From contig CAVPIB010000015.1 of assembly GCA_963704885.1 (NCBI GenBank), positions 1 through 33,455 on the forward strand: DNA of 33,455 bases. The letters are read 5' to 3'. This DNA is from an uncultured Actinomycetes bacterium (GTDB taxonomy: Bacteria; Actinomycetota; UBA4738; HRBIN12). The position numbers and the translations under genes are program-made. Below are positions 30,360 through 33,455 of the stretch, piece after piece; within the stretch, counting starts at the first letter, position 1; each line of letters begins with the position of its first letter. Under the pieces are notes generated by a model that saw nothing but the letters and a program-made list of their open reading frames with translations, was not told the origin of the DNA and did not search any database.

Positions 30360-32520
30360 CTAGGCCGAGTCCATGAGCGCGTCGACGGCCCTCTGCGTGT
30401 AGCTGAACCGGTCGGCCAGCGTCGTCGCGAGCCACCGGTGCAGCGCCGCCGCGAGCTCGGGCTCCTCGGTCTCCATGCGCTCGATCGAGGCCTTGCTGAG
30501 CCGCAGCACGACGCTCGGGTCCTCGGCCACGACGTCGGCCGTGCGCGGCACCTCCGTGTACATCGCGATCTCGCCGACCACGACGCCGGGGCGCATCGTC
30601 CGCAGACGCATCCGCGTGCCCTGCGGTGTCTGCGTCTCGATCTGCAGCGCCGGACTCCAGGACGAACAGGTCGTCGGGCGGCTCGCCCTGGCGGATCAGC
30701 ACGGTTCCCTCCGCGATCGACTCGCGCCGAGGTGGGGGCGCAGCCCCTCGGGCATCCCGACGAGCACGCGGGCCGGATCGTCGCCCGCGGACCGGCTCGG
30801 CCTGGCGCCCGCGAGCAGGAGGTCCTCGCACCGCTGCAGGCCACGGTCCAGATCGGGCTCGAAGGCGACGACCCCTCGAGCCGCCTGGACCCCTCCGCGT
30901 GCGAGCTGCTCGCGCGCCCGATCGGAGGCCCCGGTGAACACGAGCTCGAAGCCGCCCGCCTGCGGCGAGGTGCACCACCTTGACGAAGAGACCACCGCCG
31001 AGGCGTCGACGCCGCGTCACGCGGCGCAGGTCGATCAGCAGGAACCGCAGCGGCCCGGCCTCCACCCGTTTTCGGATCCGCTCGAGCAGGCCGCTCGCCG
31101 AGCCGAAGAACACGAACCCGTTCACGCGCAGGATCTGGACGCGGTCGCCCACTCGCGCAGCAGCGCGCGCGCTGCCGGCGGGCGGTCGACGTTGCTCTGG
31201 TACGTGTCGCCGAAGGCCACCTCGCGCACCAGCTCGATCCGGCCGTAGTTGACCGCGAACAGCACGACCGCGAGCACGAGGCCGAGCACGACGCCGGGCA
31301 GGAACCCTCGAGCGATGATCGCGGCCAAGATCACGAGGACGACGACGTACTCGATCCTGGGCAGCGACCGACGCTTGTCCCACACCCACTCGACCATGAA
31401 GGCAAGGCCGAGGAAGACGAGCACCCCGCCGACGATCATCCGCGGGATCAACTCGACGACGGAGGCGCCGAACACGACGGCGGCCAGTGGGACCAGGGCG
31501 GCGACGAGCCCGCGGCCCGCGCGTTCACGCTCATCCGTTCCGCGAGCGCCGTCAGGCTGAGCGCGTGGTAGCCCGGGATGCCGCCGAGCGCGCCGGAGAG
31601 CACGTTCACAACCCGGCGTCGCGCAGCTCCCGGTTCGTGTCCAGGTCCCGATGCAAGACCACCTCGGATCCGCTGATGTTGAACAAGATCGCGATCGTGG
31701 CCACGAACACCGCGGTGGCGATCCCGGCCCACTGCCCGAGCACCGCCGACCAGTCGGCGTCGGAGAGCGCGCGCAGCGTCCATGGCTGCCACAGCCGTAC
31801 CGACTCGAACGGCCCGAGCAGCCAGCGGCCGGCTCGGGCATCGCCGAGCGAAGAGCCCGTGAGCACCATGCCAAGGACGAAGGCAACCACGCCCGCACCG
31901 AGCACGATCGGGATGACGAGGGGCTTTGGCACCCGCCGGACGGCGAGGAGCAAGACCACGCCGAAGGCCAGGGCGGGCAGCCAGTGCTGCGAGCATCGGG
32001 GCCGATCAGCCCCTCGATCGTGCGCAGGTGCACCTCCACGCCCGATGCGACGTAGATGCCGCCCTTGAACAGCAACCAGCCGGTTCCGGCCAGGAACCCG
32101 CCCACGACCGGGTACGGCACGAACCGGACGAGGTTGCCGAGCCGGGCGGTCCCAAGCACCAGGAAGACGACCACCGCACGACACGGTCACGACCAGCGTC
32201 GCGCCGATGACGGTGAGGAAGGCCCGGTCGGTACCCCCGAAGGTGTCGAGGGCGGTGCTCGCGGCCACGATCGCCAGCACGGCCGCGGTCGCGTCCTGCA
32301 GGCCTCCGACCACGCCCCGGTCGCCCGCCCGCCAGGCCATGATCGCGAGCGCCACCACGGCCGCCCCCAGGAACAGGCCGATCCCGGCGGTCAGGTTCCC
32401 GACCAGCAGCCCGCCGAACACCAGGGCGGCGAACGAGACCGCCAGCACCGCCTCGGCGGCGCCGATGATCCCGGCGGCGACCGAGGCCAGCAGGCTCCGC
32501 GAGCGTCGTTGCTCGGACAC
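30360..32520 (-). CDS. SulP/SLC26 family anion transporter with STAS and cNMP-binding domains, copy 1; frameshifted
   Basis: Same motif series as the neighbouring gene (VPYPVVGGFLAG, GFVFFGS, VGEIAMY..PRTADV). Starts MSEQRRS at GTG 32520. Confidence 0.88.
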
Positions 32521-32610
32521 GTCCCCCCCCACGCCCTGTGCGAGAGAGACCTTATGCCCAGGCGGTCGTTCCCGCTAGTGGCTGTAGATCTGGATCCATA
32601 CTGCTGACCA

Positions 32611-33447
32611 ATGCCCCAACCTCCTCGCTGGCCTGGCGTCGCTGCTCTGGGGGACCGCCGACTTCCTCGGAGGTGTCGCGGTCAAGGACTGGAGCGCGCC
32701 CAGGTTCGGAGCGTTGACGCAGCTGATCGGCCTGGGGGTCGTGACCATCGCCATCGCGTTCTTCCCGGCCGATCCCACCACGACCGATCTCGTGTGGGGC
32801 GGTGTCGCCGGCGTGGCGACCGCGACCGGCATCGTCTTGCTCTACCGGAGCCTGGCGATCGGTCCGATGAACGTGGCTGCCCCCACCGCAGCCGTCGTCG
32901 GCACGAGCATCCCCGTGATGCTTGGATTGCTGGCCGGCGAACGTCCCAGTGCGGCCGCGCTCTTGGGGGTCGTGCTGGCGTTGGTCTCGGTCGCCCTCGT
33001 CGGCTCTCCGCAAGAGGGCACGACCCTGCGTGGAACGCGTCACGTGCTCCTGGTCGCCGCGGGGGCTGGAGTGTCGATCGGGGTCGGGACCGCCTGTTTC
33101 GCTTAGACCTCCATCTCGTCTGGGGTCTGGCCCTTCGGGATGGCCAAGCTGATCGCGGCCGTCCTGCTCGGGGCGACGGTGCTCGCATCTGGCGGGGTTC
33201 GGGAGCGGGGGCAGCGGCGGGATCTCCGCCTGCCGCTCGCGGTGGGGGTCGCAGACGCCGGGGCGACGATCTCGCTGCTCCTCGCACTCCAGCGAGGGTC
33301 GCTGGTGCTGGTGGGGGTGTTGGCTCACCTCTCCCGGTCGTCACCGTTCTTCTCGCCCGGTTCATCCTGAAGGAGCGGATCGGTCGGGCGCAGCTCTTGG
33401 GTCTCATGCTGGCACTCGCAGCTGTTGCCCTCATCGCATCTTCGTGA
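32611..33447 (+). CDS. EamA/DMT family transporter (frameshifts and one in-frame TAG at 33104)
   Basis: LLWGTADFLGG, LLYRSLAIGPMNVAAP, GERPS and PVVTVLLARFILKERI across frames. Confidence 0.85.
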   Translation: MPQPPRWPGVAALGDRRLPRRCRGQGLERAQVRSVDAADRPGGRDHRHRVLPGRSHHDRSRVGRCRRRGDRDRHRLALPEPGDRSDERGCPHRSRRRHEHPRDAWIAGRRTSQCGRALGGRAGVGLGRPRRLSARGHDPAWNASRAPGRRGGWSVDRGRDRLFRLDLHLVWGLALRDGQADRGRPARGDGARIWRGSGAGAAAGSPPAARGGGRRRRGDDLAAPRTPARVAGAGGGVGSPLPVVTVLLARFILKERIGRAQLLGLMLALAAVALIASS

Positions 33448-33455
33448 GACGGGTG

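Noticed and set aside
33104-33106. In-frame TAG in the EamA gene as possible stop-codon recoding or pyrrolysine
   Set aside because: It is a single case and TAG is used as a normal stop elsewhere (16472, 17584, 27679). A CAG-to-TAG error or nonsense mutation is simpler.

Overview
High-GC window, most likely actinobacterial (inferred from leaderless TANNNT promoters, an F420-type nitroreductase, DUF2330 and an ECF42-type promoter). Most genes are broken by 1-bp indels that look like long-read assembly errors, so the CDSs below were rebuilt across frames and many ends are approximate. The left 14.3 kb is a coherent catabolic cluster: PotABCD-like ABC transporter, glutamine-synthetase-like ligase, SDR, DSD1/D-threonine-aldolase-family PLP enzyme lacking its usual metal ligands, ApnL (apionate lactonase)-like protein, FadR regulator, VOC protein, orphan E1 alpha/beta pair and an atypical split transketolase. 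A shared 19-bp operator-like motif sits in all four of its promoter regions, which suggests one regulon for an unidentified amine or amino-sugar substrate. The rest encodes a 5'-3' exonuclease, a GcvT-like protein, an SDR, YciI, a DDN-family reductase, two acyltransferases around a ceramidase-like gene, small proteins, a class III cyclase-STAND-TPR gene joined to an unrelated gene, a small alarmone hydrolase, an SQR-like flavoprotein, tandem SulP-STAS-cNMP paralogs and an EamA transporter. I saw no rRNA, tRNA, CRISPR array or transposase.
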